Source: Macrostomum lignano (lineage: Eukaryota). Taken from it: a DNA stretch of 64,000 bases. The number at the start of each line of letters is the position of its first letter. Positions within the stretch are counted from its first letter, which is position 1. Location: contig NIVC01000228.1 of the NCBI GenBank assembly GCA_002269645.1, positions 1-64,000 of the forward strand. The letters run 5' to 3'. The notes under the pieces are model-generated. The model made no database searches. It saw only the letters and a list, made by a program, of their open reading frames with translations, and was not told where the DNA came from. Shown piece after piece: positions 49,165 to 62,080 of this stretch. The translations under genes were made by a program, and so were the position numbers.

Positions 49165-50035
49165 AGATCGAAGATGGAGAGGAGGGCCTCGAAGACAAGC
49201 CACGCTGGACAAGCCAAGCTGGGGATGCTGGGTACCCCACCAGCTGACCGCCATTAACAGGTTGATTCCGATGCAAAGCCAAAGTGAGAGACCAAGGCTG
49301 AGCTGCACCCCAAGAAGGTCATGCTTTCAGTATTCTGGGACACGAAAGGACACGAAAGTATTCTGGGAGCTGCTGTCGAAGAACATAGCATCAATGCCAC
49401 TTCCACCAGGAGCAGCTTGAGCGCCTGCATCAGAAGCTGGCTGAGGTGCGCCCTGAACGTTGCCGGGTCATATTGCTGCACGACAACGCACCTGCGCACA
49501 AGGCACAGTCGACCCGTCAGAAGCTGCTCGAGTTGGGCTGGGAGATTCTTCCCCACCGTACAGCCCAGATCTTGCACCCACCGATTAACACCTGTTTGCC
49601 GCCATCGACCGTTCTATGGCCGGCAAAAAGTTTAATAATGAGGACGACCTGAAGACCCACCTGACAAACTTCTTCGAGGGCCAGTGCCCGGAGTTCTATA
49701 ACCATGTCAATGTAAATTGATAACCCCGTCGAGGGCTGAGCAATAAGTTTCCGGACGTGCATAGTTAAGAGGCGGCTGATAAAATCTAACACCATAGGAG
49801 TCAAGTATATTATATAAATACAATTTTTGTAAAGTTTCAGACACACTGGTCATGTATAGGCAGTGCAGCACCCAAACCATGCTAGCATACGTACCTATCT
49901 ATCAAATTCGCCATGGAGCTCAATAGGAGTCTTTGTAAAGCAATGATTTATTACGATTTTAAAAGTGGTTTGCGACAGCAAGAAAGTCTTGAGCGATTGC
50001 GAGGAGCTTTTGGGGATGAAGCACCTTCTAGATGT
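49165..50035 (+). mobile_element. Mariner transposase remnants (C-terminal part followed by a new N-terminal start)
   Basis: EDGEEGLEDKPR, LHPKKVMLSVFWDTKG, VILLHDNAPAH, LGWEILPH/YSPDLAPTD (frameshifted), then MELNRSLCKAMIYYDFKSG...AFGDEAPS. Confidence 0.85.
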
Positions 50036-50216
50036 AACTGTTTTTTTCTAACTCTTTTTGTCTGGGCACATCCGGAAACATATTGCTCAGCCCTCGTACG
50101 GAAAACTTTTACATTGAATGAACTAGTGACAAATGTGAAAAAATTCCCTACAAGCTGATGTTCCCGCAAATTGCAATGCCTGTTTAATTATTGATTAGTT
50201 TAATTTTTGTCTTAAG

Positions 50217-52331
50217 TCAGTTCCCCTGATCAGCTTCCGGGTCGTCTGGCTCCTCTTGGGCACGTTGGTCGTTGGATCGCTTGGCTTTCATCAGCTCACT
50301 GCGCAACCGCCGAAACGCCAACTGCAGTCGCGAAGGAGGGACGTGGGCCTTCACAATTCGTACAAGAAATGATTGTACTACGTCCAGGGTCCTCTCCGCT
50401 ACACAATCCCTTGACCGGCCTGTCAACGACTTTGTACGCAAGTCCTCCTCGCTGAAAACAGCACGGAGAAGCGCTCTGAGCACGAGCATCTGGGTATGCT
50501 CGCTTTTTCGCTCCCCGTGTGTCTCCACCGCGGACATAAGCGTCGAGTAGCTGCGAGCCTTGACCTGTAGTAGAAGGGGTAGAATTTTGAGCTGCAGAGC
50601 GATATTGGACTTTGCAATTGCATCCACGAATCCATTTTTGCTACCTTGAACGGGTGCCCCGGCATGAGCGGAACCATTTCGGCCTCCGGTGCTTCTTCTA
50701 CATGCTGCTGCACGCTGCTGAATGCAGCGCCAGCTGCTGCTGAAGATGCAGCGGCAGCGGCAACGGGCATTGCAGTGGCGGCGGCAACGGGAAGTAAAGT
50801 GGCGGTGGTAACGGCGGTTGCAGCAGTGGATGTGGCAGCGGCAGTGGCAACGGCACCTGATGGCGTTTCCTCGGCCAGCAGCTCCGCCATCAGATCGCCT
50901 GTCTCGCCAGGTCGCGAGACGCTAGCGCCGTCACTATGCCACTGTGTCAGCGTTCCGACTGCGGCAGCTTTTATTGCATCAGCGAATTGGCAGATGCTAC
51001 TGAACTGCCGCATCACTCCGTCATTCGTACGGGCACGGTCCTGCTGGGCCTGTGCAAGCGGTGGTATTTGATGATGAGGTGTGGTTCTAAAAATTGGAAC
51101 GAGTATGTAGTTTCACTTCTAGTGCATCAGAAGGGCCGTGCCTCACCTCAATTAGTGCCGCCTGCATTTTGTCCAGCTCGCGCTCCATGCTCCCAACCTT
51201 GAGGAGCAGCTCTGCATTTTCTCTGGCCAACCGGTCAACCGTCAGATCTCGGGCTGCCAGATCTGTCTGCAGCTGACCCACATTCAGCTGGAGAGCCTGC
51301 AGCGAGGCCGCAGTTTCATGCAACTTTACGTCCCGCACGGCGCACTGCGAGCACGTGTCTGGCACTACAGGAGAATGTAAGGGTGGGAGTTTTTTAAACA
51401 TTCTCTCTCTGGCTTTGGCTTCCCGTTTGTCAGCTGGACCCCAGAATAAAATTGCAGGATACCGACAGCTGTTAGCGGACGGCTTCCTTGCCCAGAAGAC
51501 GGAGACTTCATCCCATCTGTGATGCCCGTTAGTTGGTGGTGGGTCACAGAAACAAACAGTGCCATCCATTGCACGAAAGCTGCCTGCTTCTTTAAACTGT
51601 ACCACCCACCAGGACGACCCACCTAATGCGACGGCAGACGCAGCGGAGCCGGTGGCATCAGAGTTCGCGCCGGTGGCAGCGGAGCCGGTGGCAGCAGAGC
51701 CGGTGGCAGCGGAGCCGGTGGCAGCAGAGCCGGTGGCAGCAGAGCCGGTGGCAGCGGAGCCGGTGGCAGCAGAGCCGGTGGCAGCGGAGCCGGTGGCAGC
51801 GGAGCCGGTGGCAGCAGAGGTCGCGCCGGTGGCAGCAGAGGTCGCGCCGGTGGCAGCAGAGGTCGCGCCGGTGGCAGCGGAGCCGGTGGCAGCAGAGCCG
51901 GTGGCAGCGGAGCCGGTGGCAGCGGAGCCGGTGGCAGCAGAGGTCGCGCCGGTGGCAGCAGAGGTCGCGCCGGTGGCAGCGGAGCCGGTGGCAGCGGAGC
52001 CGGTGGCAGCAGAGCCGGTGGTAGCGGAGCCGGTGGCAGCAGAGGTCGCGCCGGTGGCAGCAGAGGTCGCGCCGGTGGCAGCAGAGTTCGCGCCGGTGGC
52101 AGCAAAGGCAGTTGGCAGTCGCTTCGGCCGATGCGACCGGGAATCGGTTCGGTTGTGCACCGTGGCTGAGCAGCGGCCGCACAAAAACATCAAAGTCAGT
52201 GGGCATTTGGAGCACCGCACCTCCGCCAGGCTGGTACATGAAGCACAGCTCCTAGCGTCTTGAGCAGCTCGCGTCGGGAGGCTGCCCGACTTATCGGCTG
52301 TGCGGCGGCGAGTCTGGCGACCGGATGACAT
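50217..52331 (-). CDS. Accessory gene of element 3: B-box-like Zn finger + (ATGSA/ATGATSA)n + beta-rich module + coiled coil + BEN-like domain; probable intron ~51088-51110 and a frameshift ~50630
   Basis: CASC...CSKC...LCGRCSATVHNRTDSRSHRPKRL; heptad coiled coil; LRALLRAVFSEEDLRTKSLTG at C-terminus. Confidence 0.55.
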
Positions 52332-52709
52332 TTCGCTGAAAAAAATTGTAGTGGGGTCCGTTCCGTTGCAAATTCCATATGGGTTCTCATAAATTTGAAG
52401 GAGTAACGCAGTTTGCTGAATTCACTTATAAAAGTGTATGTACGCTCGTATATATTTTCGGGAAGTGAAAAGTATGCGGATAAGCAACTGAAAATCTACA
52501 GCATAACATTGTAAACTCATAAGTTCGAAGCTTCGCATGCTCAAAATTTACGAGCAGAGTTGACGTTCTATTTCGAAGCTTTTGTCATGTCCCCTCTTAA
52601 GCATCTCTCTCCAGGCCTGGCCCTGGCGCCGTGTGCAACGGCTGACATTTTTGTTTCGTCTGCTTGTATTGTCTACTGCTTTAAATAAATAATTAAATCA
52701 ATAGTTCGT

Positions 52710-55324
52710 TCACGAGTATGACACTTGGGTATGCGGCATGACAGCGATATGGGTATCGTTGAAGGCACACGTGCCGATGATTTCGGCCGCATGGAGGACG
52801 ACATCTGCATCGTCAGGAAAAACGTCAAACGGATGACAGGCGAGCCTCCGAACGTGGCAGTAAGTGCAGCCGGCTTCTTCAGGATCTGCAATGCCTGCCA
52901 AAAGAAAAAGCGGCTGCAGCGGTGCATCGGCTAACGGCAGTGGGCTGACTTGAAACGTTGCCGTGTCATTGGCCTGCCTGATCTCTTTTACTCGCGCGAA
53001 AAGCAGAGTTCGCGAATTCGCCGGACGAAAAGCTGCAACAAAGCAGGAGACTGTTCTCCGCAGTCGGAGTCTCGCGGAGTACGTCTCCACATAAAAGCCG
53101 CTTGGCAGCAACGCCCGCTGAAAGCAACATGGCCGATTGCGTACTGGACGGGACAATTGCAAACCACCAGCGTAACGCGTGCCGCCCCCTTGATGACCGG
53201 GATGGCCGGCCAAGATGAGCTGCAAACGCGTCTCACTGCAGGCCGTCTCGACAGCGATGGTGTTGCTCAATTCAGCGGCCAGGTTGCGTCGGCCATGCAG
53301 TCTAGCCAGCAGCCGGCCGTGCTGCGACTCAAATAATCCAGTCGAGAGTCTGTGCACTGGGCCAAATGCTGCTGCAAACGATGGAAAATGCTGACAAACC
53401 TTGGGATGGAGAAGAAAGGGGGTGGTTCACGCAGCAGTAATTAAAGTTGTGCTTGCAATGGAGGAGTTTTAAGTGAGTTGTTACAAATTTAACTACATGG
53501 TGCACGTTATAGGTCAAAGCCCGTCTTGAGTACAACGGCTCCAGACGGTGCGCGAAATGTCGCAATGAAGTGCTTGCGCGTTCCACTTCGTACAGTGGCG
53601 CGTCGTCCAGCGTAAGCCAGAAGAAAGACGACGACAGCAAGTTGAAATGCTGTGCGTACGTCTCCGGCAGAATGTCTGGGAACACAATCGGGCCGTACAG
53701 CAGCAACCACGCTTCCAGCTCGTGACCCCTGAGATGGCCAAGGTCTCGCAAGCTCCGTGGTGCTCTCTGTACCGCGCCCCTCGGAATTCGGATCGAGGCA
53801 GTCAGAGCGTCAAGGAGTTGAACGGATCCTCGTAGATCCGGGTTGACTGAATTTTGGCAAAAGTGTTTAGTCTGATAGCAAGTAAACAAGTAAACCATTT
53901 TTCCGACTAAATAGCAACATTCAGCCACGAACCTGCACTCGAGTCCGGCTTGGGTGAGCCAAACAGCTGCGTGAGCGTCCACTTGACGGGGCCCTCGCAC
54001 AACTGATGCAAATAGCACGTTGGGGTTGCTGTAAAAGTGTGGGGTCTTTTACTGTGAGCTTAGCAGTCCAACTTGAACTTAACAATCTCAGCTGGGAACT
54101 TATTCGTTACCCCAAATGTAGTCGAACCCAGATAATTCACTCAGAGGGGACAACGCCTTAACGCCGAGGTTACCATCTCGCAACTCGACGCCTACGCGCG
54201 CAAGGTGTACAGTATCACGCAGACACCGCACCTGAGGCTGCTGACAGCCACGCTCTGTAGCTAGGGCGACATCAGCTGCTGCCACGTCCGGTGGGTAGAA
54301 GCGCGCCTGTCCTTCACCAACGGGAGCAGTACGGATGTAACATTTGTCACACCCGTGGACAGCGTTAAAGCGCTTAACGCCGATTGTCTCAGCCCGCTGT
54401 GGCGCGTCCATCATGAACAGCAGTGGATGAAAACGGATGACACCGGCCTGAGTCACATCAGGGCCGCATCCTCTTCTGCATGCAACTCCATCCAGACTCA
54501 GCTTATTAAGCTGCTTTACTACCATTGGGAGATACGCTGTAGAATTAAGCTTCTGTCTGCTGCACCAGTAGCCGCAGGTCACCACGCTGTTGGCTTTCAG
54601 GCGGTCCGGTAGCTCCACCACGGACAGGTACACAGGACAGATTTCCATGACGGAATGGCGGAATGCCTGTTGCAAATAAAATGAAACTTCGAATTTTCCG
54701 ACTGTAATTAATTTGTCACAGCGTTTAACCATCCAGAACATGGGACAAAACTGCAACAAAGACGGCCCCCTTACTCGTTCTTACCGGAAATCCGTCAATG
54801 CAAACAACGTAACTCAGGTCCTGTCGGGAGTCCAGGGAAATTAAACTCTTAAATTTGCAGTACCCTTCAGAAGAGCCAAGTCCAAGAAAACCAGGCTCGC
54901 ACTTCTGGTCTGCGGGGAATACGACTTTCTGGAGCAATCCTTCCGCTTCTATCTGCAACTGAAGCTGCTTACGGACGTCCATCTGCCAGTACGTGCAGAT
55001 TTTGTCCGGCGTTAGTGCAGCTGTGCAGTTTTCACAGACAGTGTCAGCTGTATCCACTCGAGCGAGGCACTTCAGGCAGAAATTGATACATTTGGGTTTC
55101 CGTCGACGCACCCCTAAGGCCTGGCGCAAATAATGCTTCGACGTAGGGATGCACCCACCAGCAGGCAGAGTCTCGTCAATCAGAGCCAGGACAGCACGGA
55201 CGACGCTACCATTTAAACCGTACCTGGTCACAATTTTCTGCATTGCAACAGCAAAGCTCCCGTACGTATGTCCACTTCATGGGCACACGGGATCATGCAG
55301 TCTCGGATGAGCTTCGTCATCGGA

Positions 55325-55357
<33 letters not shown>

Positions 55358-55810
55358 ACTATGGAGGTTTCCGTCGGACAAGGGTGTAGCCTCCTCGATA
55401 TTTACGTCATCCTTGACGTCACCCCGATAGTCTCCGTCTCCATCATCATCTGACCATCCTGCCTCCTCTAACAGCACATCGGGGGAATCCGTCTGCTCAA
55501 CCTCCATGTGGACAGTCGGTTCAGCAGCACCGTGGTCTCCAACGGGGACAGCAGCCGCCTCATTTTGGGCGTCCTGTCGCTGTTGAGCGAGACGCTCACG
55601 ACGCCTTCGTTGTCGAAGTGCGTCACCGCGACGCAACCGGCCTGTTGGGTCGGCATCAGCAGCTTCGCGCTCCCTGCGCCGATAGACTTTTCGCTGGGCC
55701 GCCCTGTCAGCCATAATAGCGCTGCAGACATTTTCGGACAAGTATTTTGTGATGAGGTGCGTGTTAAATAAATAGGCTACTACTCTAATCTGCCAGTGTT
55801 CGTACAACAA
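52710..55810 (-). pseudogene. EnSpm/CACTA transposase of element 3, multi-exon, frameshifted
   Basis: FCLKC...CENC; VVCIDGFPV; FMMDAPQRA...GCDKC; YLHQLCEGPVK; GHELEAWLLLYGP; LTYNVHHV; FGPVHRLSTGLFES. Confidence 0.85.
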
Positions 55811-56192
55811 ATACTAGCTACATTGACAGAAAAGGGTACAAAAATAATTGAGACGACGATACACGAGAATTAAAAAATCCAAATGCAGTCCAAAAACGTG
55901 CGGACACAGCTATATACTTGCAATATTACACTGGAAACCGAGAAGCACTAGAACTTTGCAATCTTACACTGGGAACCAAGAACCACTAGAACGTAGTTGA
56001 ATCAGGAGGTGGAACTCGTAATTGTTGCACTTTTTTTAATGCTAGCTTGTTTACGTGTGTACTCATACGATGTTGAGGCTTTAATTCCTGTTAAATCTAC
56101 ATCAGTCTAGTGGTCCTTGGTACAAACTGCCATATCACCCTGGCGTCCACCGGCGTCACATGCATATATACATTCATGAACGGAGGTAGCAG

Positions 56193-57198
56193 TTATTCCT
56201 CATTTGGAGTACATGATATTTGGAGTACGCTGTCTAGCAGGGCAGACCAGTTAATGGGATCCAGAGTTGGCTCGTCGTTGTTTGAAACAGGCTGGGCAAG
56301 GGTGAGGACCGGGTTGTTCACCTCGTCCTCGTCGAAACCAGGAATCCCGCGGGTTAAATCCGAGGCTGTTAGGACGTCATCCAACAGAGCAGACCAATTT
56401 ATTTCACCACTCATTTCAATTTGCCTGCTGTAAGTCAAATATGCAGGTGACAAACATGTACAATAGCGTCAACGTTCGCTACATATCGCTACATAAGGCT
56501 ACACGACATACACCATACCAACCTTAGCAGGACCTCAACAAGATCTAAGCTGGGAACAACCCAAACAGACGCTGCATCTACACATGCGCACTTTTACATG
56601 TGCTTGCAGTAGAATGTCATTTAACCACACAAAAACTACACGACGATGGACGCCAACATACAAATTGTGTTTTAAACGTACATGTACAAGTAGTTCGTTA
56701 ACCCCGCTGTGGCATGTGCACTGGTGCAGGAGGGGGTAGCGAGGGGGGCGGAGACGGTGGAGGATTGCGACGATGCGGGAGCAGGGGCATTCTAAAAAAA
56801 TCTTCGCCCAGTTCATCATCTTCTTCTTCCTCTCGATCCTTTTCTTCTGCTGCAGCTTGTCGCTGCCTTTGAAGCTCCAGCACCTCCTGCTGCCTCCGCA
56901 CGCCTATCTGCTGGTACTCTAGTAGCTGTTGCTGTCGCTGCAACAGCCGCTGTTGCTCCTCGAGCAGCCGCTCTAATGCAGCAAGCCTGTCTTGCTGCTG
57001 CTGCATGCTGGGGTTCTCTACATTTAGTGGCTGTAGTAACTGCTGCTGCTGATGAAGGTTGACCTGCAGCTGCTCAACTACCAGCCGCTGTCGCTCCCCA
57101 AACTCTTCCCGCAGGTCCTCCAGATAAGGTATCACAACCTCCGGTGCCTCGTCCTCCATCACGTCCTCCTCTTCCTCCAGTTCATTACGTGGATCCAT
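56193..57198 (-). CDS. Additional ORF(s) inside element 3: acidic/Gln-rich coiled-coil ORF (56698-57198) and ORF with duplicated INWSALLD motif (56193-56453)
   Basis: ORF track plus internal repeat; same strand as the transposase; no family recognised. Confidence 0.35.
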
Positions 57199-57449
57199 GG
57201 GTACCTATATAGCTGCAAAAAGCAGCTGCACAGTAGTATTATTGTCCTGATTACATGTCCCCCCACAAGAGGCTATACCAGACCATTATTTATCAACTAT
57301 TTGCAATCTAGCTGAGGAACTTCTCTCACTTCCCTAGTTAAATTGGTGTAGACGAATCAAGCAGCGGAATTACATGTACACATGCAACGAAGCCTTCGTA
57401 CGTAGGATAAAATGAACAACGCAAGAAAAAAGTAACACCGATCAGGATT

Positions 57450-57810
57450 AAAAAGCACCTCAAGTGCAGCAGTTGCCAAACTGGCTAACTGTAGGTATAA
57501 AACATTTTGGAGCAAACAGCTCATTTCTAAGTTTGCATTAAAAAGCACCTCAAGTGCTGGCAGTTGCCAAACTGGCTAACTGTAGGTATAAAACATTTTG
57601 GAGCAAACAGCTCATTTCTAAGTTTGCATTAAAAAGCACCTCAAGTGCTGGCAGTTGCCAAACTGGCTAACTGTAGGTATAAAACATTTTGGAGCAAACA
57701 GCTCATTTCTAAGTTTGCATTAAAAAGCACCTCAAGTGCTGGCAGTTGCCAAACTGGCTAACTGTAGGTATAAAACATTTTGGAGCAAACAGCTCATTTC
57801 TAAGTTTGCG
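57450..57810. repeat. ~91-bp tandem repeat, ~4 copies
   Basis: AAAAGCACCTCAAGTGCTGGCAGTTGCCAAACTGGC... repeated. Confidence 0.95.
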
Positions 57811-58476
57811 TTTAGTTTCTCTTGACATAAAAATTCTTCTTACATCACACTGAAATTCAAACGGTACTACACTCTTCACCTCCGTGTAATATACATATTC
57901 ACCTACAGTCTACAAGTACATTTTAAAACGCACCAGAAAATCACAATAGATCAGACACCTACAATAATTGCTAACGGAATGACAATGTATTTAGGAAGCA
58001 AATAGAAGTTATAAATCTTCTCTGCAACACGCTTCCCTGCACCGTACAAACCGTAGTCCAGTTAATTGAATGTAGGCGTCGGCATTCGACCAGTGACAGT
58101 TGGAACAGACCCCGTCGCTGAACAATAGCTGCAAAAGTGAGCAAAAAGGCTTTTTAGAAAGCAATATACACTCCGTTTTAGCCTACTGAACTCTAATTGC
58201 ACTAACTAGCCTACTGAGTTAGTAGAAAGTTTAGCGCTAGTACAACGATTCTTAGACGACTTTTTCGCGACTCTTTTACGCTTCTACAACTCACGTGACG
58301 CGCTTGTGATGCAAGAGTCACTTCTCCGTCGCATTTGACGCGTTTGAGTCGTTAAAAAGTCACAAGAGTCGCCCCAGACGCGCTAGAGTCACTAGAGAGT
58401 TGTTTGCAACGACTTTTTAGCGACTCTTGTCACGGTATCGTTTTCAACGGGTATACTATTGTACAACTGTTCAAGC

Positions 58477-61117
58477 ATGGAAAGCATCCGCTCCATAGTG
58501 TTGTTTGTAGATGATTAAGCAAGTAATTGAGGCAGGTTACAGTGAAGTTTCCCTATGTGAATTTCAAGAATTTACTGTAGAGACATCGGAGAATTTCGGC
58601 TCTTCGCAAAGATTCTGTGATGAAAAACTGAAGGTTAAAGCCGAGTATGAATCTGAATGGTACGACACCGTCATGAGCAAGTCGTACTTGATGACGCGGT
58701 GAAAACTGAGCCAAAGATTAAGTTTATACGAGACTTAATAAGTCTTAAAAAGAAGAGCATTGAAGGTGTGCTTAGATTAGTGCCTCGAGTGAACTGCGGT
58801 CAGCGAAACCGGTTCATAACTTTAAAGGTGAGTAAAGCAAAATCTTGAATTGCAAAATTTCTCAGCATCATCTCTCTGTCACTCAGCATTGTCTCCATCA
58901 CTCAGCGTTCTCTCTCCGTCACTCAGCGTTGTCTCTCCGTCACTCAGCATTATCTCTCTGTCACTCAGTGAGTCAGCATTATCTCTCTGTCACTCAGCGT
59001 TATCTCTCTGTCACTCTGCATTATCTCTCTGTCACTCAGCGTTGTCTCTCCATCACTCAGCATTATCTCTCCGTCACTCAGTGAGTCAGCATTATCTCTC
59101 CGTCACTCAGTGAGTCAGCATTATCTCTCTGTCTCTCCGTCAGTCAGCATTATCTGCGGACTGTCACTACTCACGTACTACCCATCACCATTACAGAATG
59201 TTACCACATCGGAGAGCGAAGCCGACGGTGTGCATTCTCTCTCTACAAAGAAGAATACCCAGGCAAATGGCTCAAATTACGCGTCCCCTTTGTCGGACAT
59301 CGAGCTTCCTGCCTTCAATACGGCACTTTTTGCCTCAGTCGGTCCGCCTACCGACCCCAGCTCAACGGAATCTGACGCTGGCATCGACACCGCCAACCGT
59401 TGGGCACATTGTCCCACCGACGCAGACGCCGAAGACATGCGGAACCAGCAGTCAACAGAGCAACCAGTCAGTCAGCAAATCTAGGACGCCGATGTCTACA
59501 GCGACTCAAAAAGGTAGACAGCACACGTACGCGGATGCTGACGAAGATGCAGATATTGACTGCATTGATCCAAGGGCAGTAGAAAGACTGCAGAGAAGTC
59601 TGGCCAAGTCAGGAGTGGACACCAGTTCTCTCAACGGCTTGAGCATTCTGTCGATGCTCAGTGCACGGCAGAGCTGTGACGCTGTGCATAGAATCCGTCG
59701 ACTGGAAAGACTGGTTCTACCACTTCTGGAAGGCATCAGCGCATCCCTGTGTACGTCATCTGCAGCATCGACGTCCACAGCAACCACAGACTTTGAGCCA
59801 ATTGACTCCTGGGAGAGTTACATTCGCTTCATTTCATCACAGCAGATTCAAAGCAGCTTGGTAAGGGATTAGAATAAGTAACAATCTGATTTTTAACTTT
59901 TGAGAGTATTGCAAGAAAGAAAGGGATAAACAATGAATATTAGCTAATGTAATAAATAGTCTTTACAATCAGTCTCGAATCCTTTCCCAAATAGGAACCG
60001 CATCTGCGCGGGTGCCGTTGCCCAACACTGGCGGAAACAGTGCGTCGCATGCTGGCCAAATGCCTCTCTCCCAGGATGCTCTGTCTGGTTAACTGGAGCG
60101 GCCGAGGCGGCATGCTGGAACGCTGCAGGCAGGGGCGTAGCCAGGAATTTTGATTGGGGGGGGGCGTGAGTTAGGGGGCGCCAGCTTCTTATAGGGGGGC
60201 GCCAGTTTCTTTTAGGGGGGGGCGCCAGTTTCTTATAGGGGGGCGCCAGTTTCTTTTAGGGGGGGGCGCCAGTTTCTTTTAGGGGGGCGCCAGCTTCTTA
60301 TAGGGGGCGCCAGTTTCTTTTAGGGGAGGCGCCAGTTTCTTATAGGGGGCGCCAGTTTCTTTTAGGGGGGGCCGCGGGCACCAGTTTCTTTTAGGGTTTT
60401 AGAGGGGGGCGCCAGTTTCTTTTAGGGGGGCGCCAGTTTCTTTTAGGGGGGGGGCGCCAGTTTCTTTTAGGGGGGGGGGCGCCAGTTTCTTTTAGGGGGG
60501 GGGCGCCAGTTTCTTATAGGGGGGGGGGCACCAGTTTCTTTTAGGGGGGGGCGCCAAGGCCAGAGTTGGTGATTGGGGGGGGGGGCCACGCCCCCCCTTG
60601 CCCCCCCCCTCTGGCTACGCCCCTGGCTGCAGGGCGGAGCTTCCAGACTGCACCCTGACTGGAAAACAGCTGGGATTTGAGAACGCCAGGAAATTATTTT
60701 TGGTAAGTCACCGAGTAATCCTACTACTGTCAGTAGACACTACGGAGCATAAACAAAAATTTTGTTAACGTAAATAAATTCTTGCTAAAATTTAAACTAC
60801 CAACAGACGCTGTAAAAGACTTATTCCCGGCGGACCCAATTACAAAGAAGCTGGTGCATCAAGATTACGACATCCAGCAGGCAATTATTGATGTTCTGCT
60901 CTGCGGCCGGATTCAGGCTGAAGCTGCTGCAGCTGCCATTGTCTCCACTGCTGCTGACTTTGACTTTGGAGAAGGCCGGCCGCAGAAAAAGCACAAAACG
61001 GCACGCGTGCTACAGGAAAGTGATGAAGCTGAAAACCTGCCCAGCGAGATCAGTGACAATTGTCAGTCAGTCGATAGCGTAGAGCTGGACATGGTGAAAA
61101 TTAATACTATTTACTGA
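58477..61117 (+). pseudogene. Accessory (DUF4806/BEN-like) multi-exon gene of EnSpm element 2
   Basis: Exon pieces include DFEPIDSWESYIRF, TLAETVRRMLAKCLSPRMLCLVNWSGRGG, DAVKDLFP...IQQAIIDVL, resembling DUF4806; intron at ~58850-59150 holds a degenerate ~21-bp repeat; interrupted by a hAT MITE. Confidence 0.55.
60130..60625. mobile_element. hAT-type MITE, 496 bp, internal ~21-bp GGGGGCGCCAGTTTCTTTTA array
   Basis: 15-bp TIR CAGGGGCGTAGCCAG; perfect 8-bp TSD GCTGCAGG (60122-60129, 60626-60633). Confidence 0.92.
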
Positions 61118-61424
61118 ACAGCCCGTTTGAACTACTTGTACTTATCTATTACTAACAATTTTAGTCAATCTTAGTTTTTTTATTGGGTTTTGCATAGTTT
61201 TTGCATGTATTTATTGCCTACTATCTTTACGTGCTAAATATTATTTCTCATCTATTACTTTTTAAATATAAACATACGCTCGTACTAGCTGATGTGGGCA
61301 GGAGCCGCATGAATGCAATAGTAATAAATGTTAAAAAACTATCTGAATCTTTGTGATAAAAGAGAAAAGGCTGAGTGGCCTACTAAAAGTAGCAAAACTA
61401 GTACTTTGCTACAAATGTTCAGCT

Positions 61425-62080
61425 ATCTATGATAGTGTCTATAGACATGTCTATTCTTCAGATATCTAGGATGATAGTGTCTATAGAGATGTACTTTCTT
61501 CAGATATCTATGACAGTGCCTATAGACATTTCTATTGTTCAGATATCTATGACAGTGCCTATAGACATTTCTATTGTTCAGATATCTATGACAGTGCCTA
61601 TGGACATTTCTATTGTTCAGATATCTATGAAAGTGCCTATGGCCATTTCTATTGTTCAGATATCTATGAAAGTGCCTATGGCTATTTCTATTCTTCAGAT
61701 ATCTATGACAGTGCCTATAGACATTTCTATTGTTCAGATATCTATGACAGTGCCTATGGACATTTCTATTGTTCAGATATCTATGAAAGTGCCTATGGCC
61801 ATTTCTATTGTTCAGATATCTATGAAAGTGCCTATGGCTATTTCTATTGTTCAGATATCTATGAAAGTGCCTATGGCTATTTCTATTGTTCAGATATCTG
61901 GGATGATAGTGTCTACAGACATTTCTATTGTTCGGATATCTATGACAGTGCCTATAGACATGTATATTGTTCAGATATCTGACAGTGTCTATAGACGTGC
62001 CTATTGTTCAGATGTCTATTATAGTGCCTATAGAGATGTACATTGTTTAGATATCTAAGACTATAGTGCCTATAGACATG
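61425..62080. repeat. 39-bp minisatellite (CTATGACAGTGCCTATAGACATTTCTATTGTTCAGATAT), ~16 copies
   Basis: Direct inspection. Confidence 0.95.

Larger units (their letters stand above)
47912..58451 (-). mobile_element. EnSpm/CACTA element 3, 10.5 kb, complete ends
   Basis: TIRs CCCGATGAAAACGGTACC / (rc) CCCGTTGAAAACGATACC (16/18); TAT at 47909-47911 and 58452-58454 (3-bp TSD); subterminal GAGTCG/GACGCG repeat fields at ~47940-48410 and ~58255-58430. Confidence 0.88.
44200..61200. mobile_element. EnSpm/CACTA-type element 2 (divergent transposase and accessory gene), split by element 3; termini not identified, boundaries approximate
   Basis: Minus-strand transposase (44235-47564) and plus-strand DUF4806-like gene (from ~58477) become adjacent when the TSD-bounded element 3 is removed. 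Confidence 0.5.

Noticed and set aside
43575-61300. Possible TIR pair for EnSpm element 2 (AGCTGGTATGCTCGTATGTT at ~43584 vs inverse near 61271-61290)
   Set aside because: Only ~16/20 identity, no CCC/CAC terminus and no TSD
61429-62058. 209-aa (ISIVQISMTVPID)n ORF
   Set aside because: Follows directly from a 39-bp stop-free unit; no start context or splice evidence
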